A DNA stretch of 32,000 nucleotides, taken from positions 420,001-452,000 of the forward strand of contig NC_015722.1 in assembly GCF_000219355.1 (NCBI RefSeq), written 5' to 3'. Of the stretch, positions 17,233 through 27,103 are shown piece by piece. Numbering within the stretch: the stretch's first letter is position 1; each line of letters starts with the position of its first letter. The position numbers were made by a program, and so were the translations under genes. The notes under the pieces were generated by a model that worked only from the letters and a program-made list of their open reading frames with translations, did not search any database and was not told the DNA's origin. The stretch comes from Candidatus Midichloria mitochondrii IricVA (lineage in GTDB: Bacteria > Pseudomonadota > Alphaproteobacteria > Rickettsiales > Midichloriaceae).

Positions 17233-18061
17233 TATCACTGCAACACCGGACTTAGAGGCGAGTTTATTGTTAATGCACGTACTTAACATTAAAGATAGAG
17301 AGAGATTATTTATGCTTTATGAGGATGAAGTGGATCAGGAGCAAATAATGGCTTGCGAAGCTTTACTTAAAAGAAGGATCGAGAGAGAACCTATGGCTTA
17401 TATACTAGGTTCTAAAGAGTTCTGGGATTATGAATTCATAGTTACCCCAGATGTTTTAATTCCAAGACCTGAAACAGAATTGATTATCGAAACGGTGAAA
17501 AAATGTTTTACTAAACCAAATGAACAGCTCAATATATTAGACCTTGGTACTGGCACCGGTTGCATGCCGATCACGCTTTTAAAGGTCTATCCTAATGCCA
17601 AAGCTACAGGAGTTGATATATCAGACAGAGCCTTGAAAATAGCGCAAGCCAACGCAGATAAGCTAGAGGTGAGTGGCAGAATACAGTTTACTAAAAGTAA
17701 TTGGTTTGAGAATATAGGGCAAGAAAAATTTGATATCATCACCTCTAACCCTCCTTATATAAGCAAAGAAGAGTGGTTGAGCCTTGAGCAAGGGGTTAAA
17801 GATTATGAGCCAAAAGTTGCATTGACAGATGATGCGAATGGCTTTGCCTGTTATGAAGCTATTTTAGAAAAGCTGCCTGAATATCTAAAAACAGACGGTA
17901 AAGCGTTTTTTGAGATTGGTTATAATCAGTTAGATACCTTGAGCAAACTTATCAGTAACCAAGGATTTAATATCGATCAAATGGCTCTGGACCTGACGCA
18001 GATACCAAGGGTTGTTTGTGCTTCTTTAACTGTTGGTATAGATAAGGCGAATTTGCAATGA
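17180..18061 (+). CDS. prmC: peptide chain release factor N5-glutamine methyltransferase PrmC (HemK)
   Basis: 293 aa. EPMAYILGSKEFW, VLIPRPETE, the SAM motif ILDLGTGTGC and the catalytic NPPY. Overlaps the upstream gene by 53 nt if ATG 17180 is the start. Confidence 0.9.
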   Translation: MQIKSLAQKIKQGLIRHNITATPDLEASLLLMHVLNIKDRERLFMLYEDEVDQEQIMACEALLKRRIEREPMAYILGSKEFWDYEFIVTPDVLIPRPETELIIETVKKCFTKPNEQLNILDLGTGTGCMPITLLKVYPNAKATGVDISDRALKIAQANADKLEVSGRIQFTKSNWFENIGQEKFDIITSNPPYISKEEWLSLEQGVKDYEPKVALTDDANGFACYEAILEKLPEYLKTDGKAFFEIGYNQLDTLSKLISNQGFNIDQMALDLTQIPRVVCASLTVGIDKANLQ

Positions 18062-18191
18062 AAAGATTATGGCCTACCCTCTGCCCCCCTAGCAAGCTTC
18101 GCTTGCAAGGCGAAACAAGCTTGTGAGTATAAAAAGTAATATGAAAAAGAGTGTATTCCCTTTATGTTTTAAAGCCTCTCCTGATAAGGGG

Positions 18192-18250
18192 TAATTGGCG
18201 CGCTCAGGGGGGGGGTTGGACGCGGCTGGCCGGCGGGAGGCTGCCAATTA
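18192..18250. other. GC-rich 43-nt core (35/43 G+C, contains G9 at 18207-18215) closed by an 8-bp inverted repeat TAATTGGC/GCCAATTA
   Basis: Direct reading. The arms are 18192-18199 and 18243-18250. The surrounding intergenic DNA is AT-rich. Function unknown. Confidence 0.6.
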
Positions 18251-18390
18251 TCCGTGAAGCAGAGACTAGATTTTCTAAAATCTGGTAATCTTTTCATGCG
18301 GCTTTGTCTGTATAGCGCTATATTTAACCTGCTTATTTACTGGAATTCATTAATAATGCAAAGATGTTTTAGATGGTTGTTGACATAAGT

Positions 18391-19330
18391 TAACCTCAGT
18401 TTGACGTTAAGGAGTATGCCCGTGAGCCTATTTTTCCATGAGATATATTGGGTTGAAGACGTAAGCCAAGAGCCCTGAGAAAGAGGTCTGCCAAGAAATT
18501 GTTTGGCGAGTGATGCCGTGGCGCTGGATTTGGCAAATCTCTTTCAATTCTCCGATGGCTGTTTCAATCAATCCACGCCCTGCAAGAAGCAGTTGTTTAA
18601 AAGCCGCAAGCGGGTTTTGTTTTTCTTAAGCCGTGTGATGAGCTCAATACCTTGATTGCTCAGTGTTTTTGCTTATATACCACTGATCTCCGAATAGAAG
18701 GCCTATCAAATATTGAGTCAGTTTCCCGACAGCGGCTCGATCATCTGTATTACCCGAAGTCAGTGTGAATGACATAATTTCTCCTTGATCATTGAGGCCA
18801 AAGAACCATCCGGGTCGACGTTTTCCCACGCTGAGCGATGCCTTTAAGGATCTTATTACTGCTAGTACGTGAGTTATGACAAACCTTCCAGCTTTTTGTT
18901 GAGTCAACGTACCTGTTTGTTTCCCTTTGCAGCAATTCAGCAGAATGACCAACGGGATGACCGCGTCTCGCATCAGCTCAACAAAGCGATTGTAGCTGAT
19001 AAGCTTCGGCAATTCCTCTCTGAGAGAGGTTTGAACACAGTTTAGGTAAAAATCTTTGAATCCGGTAATGCCCAAATGAAACAAAACGAGGATCGTTATA
19101 ACTTCGGAAAGCATCATCCCAGACTCTCATTCCCTTTGTCTCTGCGAGTTTCTTAAGGATCTTTGGTACATGAGTTGTTGCTTGCAAAAACCATCAATCA
19201 AACAAAATATTTCTACTAGGGGAACCACTTTTCTTATTTATCGTGAAATTGAGAAGAACCTAATGGTTATACAGCTTCTTTAAAACCATATCAGATAATT
19301 TCTTTAAAACTTATCTCAAACCGGGGTTAA
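18391..19330 (-). mobile_element. IS982-family insertion sequence, decayed copy B (transposase pseudogene)
   Basis: Collinear with copy A over its whole length. Identity is high but imperfect, with several single-base indels. It has the same terminal repeats, and the transposase is broken into ORFs 18978-19187 and 18644-19117 plus further fragments. Confidence 0.85.
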
Positions 19331-19612
19331 GAAAAACACTGAGCAATCAAGGTATTAAGCTTGTCACCCACGGCTTAAGAAAAACATGAAAAACAAAACC
19401 CGCTTGCGGCTTTTAAACAACTGCTTTTTGCAAGGGCGTGGATTGATTGAAACGGCCATCGGACAATTGAAAGAGATTTGCCAAATCCAGCACCACACGG
19501 CATCGCTTGCCAAGCAATTTCTTGGCAGGGCTCTTGGCTTATGTCTTCAAACCCAATATATCTCATGGAAAAATAGGCTCACGGGCATACTCCTTACGTC
19601 AAACTGAGGTTA
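19331..19612 (+). mobile_element. IS982-family partial copy C (3' third of the transposase plus terminal repeat), inverted relative to copy B
   Basis: It is the reverse complement of 18391-18671, with a few substitutions and indels. It encodes ...LIETAIGQLKEICQIQH... and ends in GTCAAACTGAGGTTA, the complement of the IS end. Confidence 0.8.
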
Positions 19613-19910
19613 TTTATGTGAAACTCCATAGCAAAATTTGAATAGATAAAAGTGCTAATGCAAAAGTAATAGGCCAAAAGGCCATGATATGGAGCGAGGT
19701 AGCTGGTAAAATATTGTGAAATGAGAAGTTGGAAAGCATAAAGAATTGACACCAATGAACTAACACCAGAGCCCCTAATCAATTGCCAAATTTTTAACTA
19801 ATCATTTTAATGTGTTTGCTTTATAATAAGTACACTTTCCAGATGAAGGATAGGTGAAGATAATCTGGACAATTACTAAATGGCAACTTTATATCAGCAT
19901 TAAAACTATA

Positions 19911-20708
19911 CTAGTAGCTTATAAAGGGCCTTATCATTTTAGAAATTTTTAAAATGTCAAACCACATGGCTTTTTTTTGTGCAGGCTGCCTAAGTAAGTA
20001 AGCAGGATGAAAAATTGCCGTTGCTTCTGTGGTATTTGAGCCTAGATAGCAATTAGAGTACAAGTGGTTTTGAGTGCGCAGTGAATTCATAGAAACGGAT
20101 TTAATTCGAAGCAAGGATTCAATAGCAGTACTGCCTACTATGATAATTAGCTTTGGTTGCAGCAAAAAAATCATTTTTTCTAAAAAGGGACGACAGGCAT
20201 CTATTTCTTCTGGAGTTGGTCTCCTGTTGCCTGGGGGGCGCCAAAAAACGGTGTTAGTAATAAACAAGTTCTCTTTTCTACTAAGGCCGATTGTTTTAAA
20301 TATATTATCTAAGAGTTTGCCGCTTTGACCACAAAATGGAATTCCCTGCTCGTCCTCATTAGCGCCTGGTGCTTCGCCTACAACCATTATTTTTGCGTCA
20401 ACTTGTCCATCGTAGATTACGGTGTTGATTGCAGCCTCTTTTATTTCGCAACCATCGAATTTTTTTATAGCTTCGCATAGCTCCTGAAAGTTATCAGAGT
20501 TATCAGCCATTATTCTAGAGGCGCTCCTTTCTGTGTATGATTCGCTCTTTACTGGTTGTTGAGAAGCGATTCGTTTATGTTTTCTCTTAGTAATTCTTGA
20601 GGAGGCGGACGGACTTTGGCGATTTTGTGGTGTTTCTTCAAGAAAAAGATCAGATCCAGAGCGTTGGTATAAGCTCAAAAGTTCACGATCTTTTTTAGAA
20701 ATAGCCAT
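19911..20708 (-). CDS. uracil-DNA glycosylase, family 4
   Basis: 265 aa. VVGEAPGANEDEQGIPFCGQSG motif and a C-terminal HPAYLLRQP block. Has an N-terminal extension of about 85 aa rich in Ser and basic residues. Confidence 0.85.
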   Translation of the reverse strand: MAISKKDRELLSLYQRSGSDLFLEETPQNRQSPSASSRITKRKHKRIASQQPVKSESYTERSASRIMADNSDNFQELCEAIKKFDGCEIKEAAINTVIYDGQVDAKIMVVGEAPGANEDEQGIPFCGQSGKLLDNIFKTIGLSRKENLFITNTVFWRPPGNRRPTPEEIDACRPFLEKMIFLLQPKLIIIVGSTAIESLLRIKSVSMNSLRTQNHLYSNCYLGSNTTEATAIFHPAYLLRQPAQKKAMWFDILKISKMIRPFISY

Positions 20709-20718
20709 TTTTTAACTT

Positions 20719-23364
20719 CTAAATTTGCCTCGATTCCTCGGTTAAAGAAAATACCTCTATTCTATCACCGATTCTGATGTCTTCATATCTTTCAAAAGAC
20801 ACACCGCATTCAAATCCTGCTTTAACTTCCCTAACATCTTCTTTGAATCTTTTCAAGGCTTTTAATTTGCCTTCATGAATTACTATGTTGTCTCGCAGCA
20901 ATCTTGCTGAAGCATTTCTTTGAACCATCCCTTCAGTTACAATACATCCAGCAACCTTTCCAAATTTGCTTAAATCGAATACCCGCCTAATTTCAGCATA
21001 ACCCAGTAATTTTTCTTTTATAATAGGAGATAATAGACCACTTACTGCAGCTTTGATATCATCTATCAAGTTATAAATTATTGAATAATATTTAATGTCC
21101 ACTCCTAATTGCCCAGCCATATCACGTGCTTGATTGTTAGCCCTGACATTAAATCCTACTACTAATGCCCTAGAGGCAGCAGCAAGGGTGACATCTGATT
21201 CGGTTATTCCACCAACACCTGAATGGAGTATTCTTAACGTTACCTCATCGCTTGGAAGTTTAGCTAAACTATTAGCAATGGCTTCTGCAGAGCCATTCAC
21301 ATCAGCTTTTATTATTATGGCTAGTTCTTTATGAGATCCATCCTGCTTAGCTTTAGTAAACAATCTTTCCAAAGGATCTTTTCTCAAAGATGCAGCTTTA
21401 TGTTCTTTTTCTTTATGCATTCTAAAATCAACTAACTCTTTTGCGGTGTTTTCATTACTCACAACTGTAAATGTATCACCAGCAACAGGAGCTTGGTTGA
21501 GGCCAAAAACTTCAACCGGGTATGCAGGTAAGCATGATTTTATAGTGTGACCTTTGTCATCTAATAAGGCTTTTACTTTACCATAACATGTTCCTACAAC
21601 TATAATATCGCCTATTTTCAAAGTGCCTCGTTGAACAAGTAAAGTAGCAACCGCACCTCTGCTTTTATCCATTCTTGCTTCAACAACAGCTCCGCTTGCA
21701 GGAGCCTTTGGGTTAGCTTTTAAAGACATTAACTCCGCTTGCACTAATATGGTGTCTTCAAGAGCATCAAGTCCTCGTTTAGTTTTAGCCGAAACATTTA
21801 CCACAATGGTATCGCCTCCCATATCCTCTGGAACGAGGCCATGGCTTAGCAATTCGTTTTTTACTCTTTCTGTATTTGCTTCTGGTTTATCTATCTTATT
21901 AATGGCCACAATAATTGGTACGTTAGCAGCCTTAGCGTGGTTAATCGCTTCTATAGTTTGTTCTTTGATACCATCATCAGCTGCAACTACTAGAATCACT
22001 ACATCGGTAACTTTTGCTCCTCTCATACGCATTGCAGTAAACGCCTCATGCCCTGGAGTGTCTAAGAAGGTTATATATTTGCCGTTAGCGAGTTGTACGC
22101 TATATGCTCCTATATGCTGAGTAATTCCTCCAGCTTCTTTGGCAGCAACATCTGTGAGCCTTAAAGCGTCTAATAATGAGGTTTTACCGTGATCAACGTG
22201 TCCCATAATTGTAACAACTGGCGCTCTCGGCGCCATGTCTTCTAGATTATCAGGAGTTTCATTCAATAGACCTTTTTCGACCTCTACGTCAGTAACTCTT
22301 TTTGGCGTATGACCAAACTCCAGTACAATCAATTCTGCAGCATCTGCGTCTATTGATTGATTAACAGTTGCCATTACCCCCATTTTCATTAAAGATTTGA
22401 TTATATCAACTGCCTTTTCCGTCATTCTGTTCGCAAGTTCTTGGACAGTAATAAAATCAGGTATAGAAACTTTTCTAAATATTTTTTCTTGAGTAGGAGT
22501 TGTATTACGATTTTTTTTGTTCTTAGATTTTCTAATTGAAGCGCCAATTTGTCTTATAAACTGCTCATCTTCTTCCTCGTCGCTCTTCAGCATAGCAAAG
22601 TGAGATAATGCTCCTTTGTTACTATGCCGTCCTAATTTTTTTGTATCGGCATCACCAAGCACCTTTTTAATTTGAGTTGCGCTTTCTAATTCTTCATCAG
22701 GTGTACCTTTTTTCTTTTTATGAGCTCCGATCGAATGATGTTTTTTTACAACGGTATCGGAAATAATCCTGATATTTTTTTCCTCAAAAGGCTTTAGCAC
22801 TTCTTCCACTTCATTATCTTCATTTGACTGTGGAGATGGAGTTAAAATTTGATTTAGGTTTCTAACCTTGCCTCGATTTGAGCTGAGGGTTTTTATAAAA
22901 TCGCGGCGCTCAGTTTTTTCTTGAGATGGAGCGCTATTCTCTGAGATCTCTGTCGAGATCACCGTATTGCTGTGTTCTTTGGAGAGGCTTTCAGATGAAT
23001 TCTCGACAAGCTCACTTCTGTTGGTCTTTTCTATATCTTCTTCTTTCTGAGTTTCTGTTTTGATAATAACACGTTGCTGTTTACTTTTTTCAGCCTCAGC
23101 CATTTTTAGTAAACGCAACCTTTTTTCTTGCTCCTCTTTGCTCAAGGCTCCAGGGGCAGTTCTAGTAGGGGAGTTAGGTGCGGGCTTGTTTTTAGTGATT
23201 ACGATCACTGATGAGCTCCCTCTTAAGCGGTTAGGAGAAGATTTTGGACCTAAGGCATCAGCCTGACCTTTCCCAAGGGGTTGTTTACTTGATAAGCCAA
23301 GCTTACTGTTTGACAACCCTAACGGCTTCTTAATAGTGTTATTACTATCATTACTATTAGTCAT
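20719..23364 (-). CDS. infB: translation initiation factor IF-2
   Basis: 881 aa. GTPase motifs [14 protein letters not shown] and NKID. Lies in the conserved nusA-infB order. Confidence 0.97.
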   Translation of the reverse strand: MTNSNDSNNTIKKPLGLSNSKLGLSSKQPLGKGQADALGPKSSPNRLRGSSSVIVITKNKPAPNSPTRTAPGALSKEEQEKRLRLLKMAEAEKSKQQRVIIKTETQKEEDIEKTNRSELVENSSESLSKEHSNTVISTEISENSAPSQEKTERRDFIKTLSSNRGKVRNLNQILTPSPQSNEDNEVEEVLKPFEEKNIRIISDTVVKKHHSIGAHKKKKGTPDEELESATQIKKVLGDADTKKLGRHSNKGALSHFAMLKSDEEEDEQFIRQIGASIRKSKNKKNRNTTPTQEKIFRKVSIPDFITVQELANRMTEKAVDIIKSLMKMGVMATVNQSIDADAAELIVLEFGHTPKRVTDVEVEKGLLNETPDNLEDMAPRAPVVTIMGHVDHGKTSLLDALRLTDVAAKEAGGITQHIGAYSVQLANGKYITFLDTPGHEAFTAMRMRGAKVTDVVILVVAADDGIKEQTIEAINHAKAANVPIIVAINKIDKPEANTERVKNELLSHGLVPEDMGGDTIVVNVSAKTKRGLDALEDTILVQAELMSLKANPKAPASGAVVEARMDKSRGAVATLLVQRGTLKIGDIIVVGTCYGKVKALLDDKGHTIKSCLPAYPVEVFGLNQAPVAGDTFTVVSNENTAKELVDFRMHKEKEHKAASLRKDPLERLFTKAKQDGSHKELAIIIKADVNGSAEAIANSLAKLPSDEVTLRILHSGVGGITESDVTLAAASRALVVGFNVRANNQARDMAGQLGVDIKYYSIIYNLIDDIKAAVSGLLSPIIKEKLLGYAEIRRVFDLSKFGKVAGCIVTEGMVQRNASARLLRDNIVIHEGKLKALKRFKEDVREVKAGFECGVSFERYEDIRIGDRIEVFSLTEESRQI

Positions 23365-23417
23365 TTAGTTTTACCTCTTTTTTTACAGCACCTTATGATC
23401 AGCAATAGGCACTGATA

Positions 23418-24971
23418 CTATACTATCTTATTGCTTTTATTGAAATAAGATTTCTTTCTGGCATCCATAATAATTACATCTATCACTTCATCATCTAGTT
23501 CAGAATCAGGAATTATATCTTTGAAATCATCCCGAGAAAGATCTGCGACATCAATAATTTTATTAATGTTATTATCATGAAGGCGCTTAGCAAGCTCTGG
23601 GGTCACCGTTTTGATTCTAAGCAATGGACTGTTAGCGATATCGTGCAGGTGCGATGGAGCAATAATTTCCTTAGCATCAGCATGAGATTCGGAATAATTT
23701 TTTGCCCGGTTTATTAATTCTTGAGCTATTTCCACATCAAGACCTTGAATAGTGCTTAATTCATTGATATTAGCGTCTGATATAGATTGAATAGAATTAT
23801 ATCCCTCGGAAGCGAGCAATTGTGCTAAGATTTCTTCAAGATCAAGAGCCTCCATAAATTTTTGTGTCACTGCGCTAAATTCATCTTGCCTACGTTTAGC
23901 CTCTTTCTCTTCGGTTAGTACGTCTAATTTCCAACCTATTAATTTAGATGCTAATCGTACATTTTGGCCTTGTCTACCGATCGCTATACTTTGTTGATCT
24001 TCCGGGACTACCACTTCGATTTTGTGCTGCTCTTCATCAATTAACACTTTGGTTATTGAAGCAGGGGCTAATGTGCTTACTATTAACACACCTAAATCCG
24101 CAGTCCATTGTATTATGTCGATCTTCTCTCCTTTAAGTTCTGAAATTACTGCTTGAACTCTAGCTCCTCTAATTCCAACACAAGATCCAACTGCATCTAT
24201 TGCTGGATCAGAAGAATAGACTGCAATTTTAGTTCTGGAGCCAGGATCTCGTGCAATTGCTTTGATTTGTATAATATTCTCATATACTTCAGGTACCTCT
24301 TGTGCAAATAACATTGCAACAAATTGCTCGTGAGTTCTAGACAAGATAATCTGTGGACCTCGTGCTTGCCTATCTATATCAACTAGATATGCTCTTACCC
24401 TATCACCTTGCCTATAGTGATCAGCTCTCAATAAATTATCTCTTCTAAGCAACGCTTCTGCTGAACCAAGTTTAACGATAAGATTACCGTATTCAACTTT
24501 TTCAACTACCCCATTAATGATTTCTCCAATGCGATCTTTAAATTCTTCAAATTGTAGATCTTTCTCGATTTCTTTGACCTTAGAAGTGATTACTTGTTTC
24601 GCGGATTGTGCAGCAATTCTTCCAATATCCATTGCAGGGAGTGATTCGCATATTATATCTCCGACTGCGATATTAATATCTTTAAGCTTTGCGTCTTCTA
24701 GGGTAATCGCTTGCACTTTTTCTTCTGTATATTTACTATCAACTTCTTCTTGACTAGCAACAACTAATATCTCCTTGTAAAGCTTTATTTCACCAGTTTT
24801 TCTATCAATCTCAGCTCTTATTTGTTGTTCACTACCATACTTGCGTTTCGCTGCAACCTTTAAAGCTTCTTCTAAAGCTTTAATTACACTTTCTTTCGGG
24901 ATTGATTTCTCTCTTGATACAGCATCAACTATTTGCAAGATCTCAACTCCACCAAAACCTGCTACTGCCAT
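23418..24971 (-). CDS. nusA: transcription termination/antitermination factor NusA
   Basis: 517 aa. S1 domain, two KH domains (GSCVGIRGARVQAV, IAIGRQGQNVRLASKL) and C-terminal acidic repeats. Confidence 0.97.
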   Translation of the reverse strand: MAVAGFGGVEILQIVDAVSREKSIPKESVIKALEEALKVAAKRKYGSEQQIRAEIDRKTGEIKLYKEILVVASQEEVDSKYTEEKVQAITLEDAKLKDINIAVGDIICESLPAMDIGRIAAQSAKQVITSKVKEIEKDLQFEEFKDRIGEIINGVVEKVEYGNLIVKLGSAEALLRRDNLLRADHYRQGDRVRAYLVDIDRQARGPQIILSRTHEQFVAMLFAQEVPEVYENIIQIKAIARDPGSRTKIAVYSSDPAIDAVGSCVGIRGARVQAVISELKGEKIDIIQWTADLGVLIVSTLAPASITKVLIDEEQHKIEVVVPEDQQSIAIGRQGQNVRLASKLIGWKLDVLTEEKEAKRRQDEFSAVTQKFMEALDLEEILAQLLASEGYNSIQSISDANINELSTIQGLDVEIAQELINRAKNYSESHADAKEIIAPSHLHDIANSPLLRIKTVTPELAKRLHDNNINKIIDVADLSRDDFKDIIPDSELDDEVIDVIIMDARKKSYFNKSNKIV

Positions 24972-25459
24972 AATGTCTCCTCTTTTTCAAAAAGCAAATT
25001 CGCTTCCATTATATTGTTTTTATTTATTTTTATAATTCCATTATTATCTTTAAGTTCGATACTTAATTCATTATTTGAAAATTCTTTCAGCACGCCTTTA
25101 AACCTTCGCCTGTTGCCTATTGGAATTTTCGTAGTTAATTTTATTGCGTAACCGATATAATTAATAAAATCTTTATCGCGAGTAAGTGGCCTATTAACTC
25201 CAGGAGAGCTAACTTCTAGTGTATATTTGTCTTCTATAATATCTTCAACATCCAGTAGTGGGGAGATTGTGTAATGTACTTTCTTACAATCTTCTATATT
25301 GACTGCTGTACCGTTGACTTTATCAAACATAATTTGCAAAGTGTTATGTTTGCCTGTACTAATTATTTTTACTCTAACTAGTTCATATCCCAGACTTTCA
25401 ATTGGACCTACAATAGCATTTGCTATCCTTTCTTCTAAATTATTCTGAAATATACTCAT
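24962..25459 (-). CDS. rimP: ribosome maturation factor RimP
   Basis: LEVSSPGVNRPL signature. I prefer the internal start MSIFQNNLEE (25459) to the ORF-track start (25507), which would add an implausible hydrophobic leader. Overlaps the nusA start by 10 nt. Confidence 0.85.
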   Translation of the reverse strand: MSIFQNNLEERIANAIVGPIESLGYELVRVKIISTGKHNTLQIMFDKVNGTAVNIEDCKKVHYTISPLLDVEDIIEDKYTLEVSSPGVNRPLTRDKDFINYIGYAIKLTTKIPIGNRRRFKGVLKEFSNNELSIELKDNNGIIKINKNNIMEANLLFEKEETLWQ

Positions 25460-25503
25460 TAAGATGAAAATTTTTTCAAATAGGAAATCATATAAATATA
25501 TAA

Positions 25504-25537
25504 ACAAAAAAAGGTTGAGAAAAAGCCCAACCCTTTT
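25504..25537 (-). terminator. terminator-like hairpin plus U-tract upstream of rimP (possible leader/attenuator)
   Basis: Minus-strand RNA reads AAAAG-GGUUG-[10-nt loop]-CAACC-UUUUU-UUGUUU. That is 5 bp, a G.U wobble and 4 A-U pairs. The stem is weak. Confidence 0.25.
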
Positions 25538-25656
25538 GTGAGGTACTTATATCACTATATATTAGAGCGGTCAAGTCATAATCAAAAATAATTGCTTTGA
25601 CTTATTCTGCAAAGAGTATAAAAAGCATAAGATGTGCAATTAAAGAGTGAGGCATT

Positions 25657-26327
25657 ATGTTTTCTGTTACTTTAGTCCAAAATCTTTCCAAGTATCATTT
25701 GCTGAAGCATCCTTTTTACCAAGCTTGGAATCAAGGTGCTCTAGAGATATCAACTTTGCAGCGCTATGCCAAACAGTATTTTAAAAACGTTGAGGCCTTT
25801 CCTAGATATGTTAGCGGAGTGCATTCGCAGTGCTTATCTATTACTGATCGTCGAGTTCTTTTAGAAAATTTAATAGATGAAGAAAGGGGTGATGAAAATC
25901 ACCCGGAGCTATGGCTTAGGTTTGCTGAAAGCCTTGGGGAGAGTAGGGAAGAAGTTTCTTCTACACGCGCTGAAAGCGCAACAAAAAATTTAGTTGAAGG
26001 CTTCTTAGAGTTAATCAAGTCTTCGTACGCTGCAGGTCTTGGAGCGTTGTTTGCATATGAACAACAAGTCCCAGTGGTTGCCGAATCAAAGATAAAAAAT
26101 TCTATGGATACGATAATGAGAATCCTGGATTGCAATTTTTTAAAGTGCACACTAAAGCTGATGAATGGCATTCAGCAGAATGTGAAGCTTTACTTGATAA
26201 ATTGAGCGAAGCAGAACAAGAAGTTGCCCATAAAGCAGCTATAAAAGTAGCTAAATTGATTTGGGCGTTTTTAGATAATATTTATGACTCAAAAATGAGT
26301 GGAGGGTTGCATGGCGCTAATTGTTAG
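25657..26327 (+). pseudogene. CADD-family (PqqC/TenA heme-oxygenase-like) putative folate/pABA metabolism protein, split by a frameshift in an A6 run
   Basis: ORF 25657-26205 carries HLLKHPFYQAWNQGAL...YAKQYFKNVEAFPRYVSGVHS...LIDEERGDENHPELW. The family-typical continuation KKFYGYDNENPGLQFFKVHTKADEWH... is in the next frame, which is open from 26061 to 26327. The frames meet at AAAAAA 26094-26099. Confidence 0.7.
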
Positions 26328-27102
26328 TTGGAACGTCAATTCAATTAATGCCCGGATCCATCATTTAAGGAGGTTTTTAGCAGAAAAGAAACCTGAGATA
26401 GTCTTGTTGCAGGAGACTAAGTGCCAAGCAGAAAAATTTCCTTTTGAGGCGCTTGAGGAATTTAACTATAATATTAAAGTCTATGGGCAAAAAAGCTATA
26501 ATGGTGTTGCTATACTCAGCAAAAGCCCGATAGAAGATAGTATACTAGGGCTGCCTACTCTTTCTGAAGATTGGCCGCCAGAAGCTAGATATATTGAGGC
26601 ATTTACTACTATCAATAACTATCCCTTAAGAGTTATATCGGTTTATGTACCAAATGGATTAGAGGTAGGGTCACATCGATTTTTATATAAATTAGAGTTT
26701 TTGCATGCTCTTAAACAACATCTAATCCATTTGTCTAAAGCCGAAGAAAATATTATAGTTGGTGGCGATTTAAATGTTGCTCCAGAGGAAATAGATGTTT
26801 ATAACCCCAAGGGCTTAGATGGCTCTATTTGCTTTCATATAAAAGAAAGGAGCCAATTTAGGGGAGTTATAAATAGCGGTTTTATCGATACTTTTAGAGC
26901 GATGAATCCAGGTATTCAAGAGTTTAGCTGGTGGGATTATAGAGGAAACGGTTATATACAAAATCGTGGTATGCGTATCGATCATATATTGGTTTCTCCC
27001 AATGTTTCTGATATGATGTCAGAAGCTGAAATTTTTAAAGAAGCGCGGGGCTGGGAGAGAGCTTCTGACCATGTGCCCGTGTTATGTAAATTAGGTAATT
27101 AA
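26311..27102 (+). CDS. xthA: exodeoxyribonuclease III
   Basis: [17 protein letters not shown]-terminus, LLQETK, and the C-terminal RIDHILVS...SDHVPV motifs. I prefer start ATG 26311 to 26299. Confidence 0.9.
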   Translation: MALIVSWNVNSINARIHHLRRFLAEKKPEIVLLQETKCQAEKFPFEALEEFNYNIKVYGQKSYNGVAILSKSPIEDSILGLPTLSEDWPPEARYIEAFTTINNYPLRVISVYVPNGLEVGSHRFLYKLEFLHALKQHLIHLSKAEENIIVGGDLNVAPEEIDVYNPKGLDGSICFHIKERSQFRGVINSGFIDTFRAMNPGIQEFSWWDYRGNGYIQNRGMRIDHILVSPNVSDMMSEAEIFKEARGWERASDHVPVLCKLGN

Positions 27103-27103
27103 A

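Noticed and set aside
18268-18283. The palindrome AGATTTTCTAAAATCT, considered as an Irr ICE-type (TTTAGAA-N3-TTCTAAA) or Fur-box operator.
   Set aside because: Only one half-site resembles ICE, the spacing is wrong, and it is not upstream of an obvious iron-related gene.
19640-19720. A reading frame beginning GCT AAT (Ala-Asn..), considered as a tmRNA tag-like segment in the intergenic DNA next to the IS.
   Set aside because: There is no tRNA-like acceptor or T-arm (no GGTTCGA-type motif) anywhere nearby, and the peptide does not end in the hydrophobic Ala-rich tag terminus.
19594-19782. A minus-strand 62-aa ORF with a hydrophobic sequence that runs into the end of IS982 copy C. I considered it as the N-terminal stub of an interrupted membrane protein, possibly the missing start of the symporter or the partner of the 6880-6996 stub.
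   Set aside because: It has no SSF N-terminal motif. It also abuts the same type of IS end as the 6880-6996 stub, which does not fit two halves of a single insertion. It is too short to identify, so I left it uncalled.
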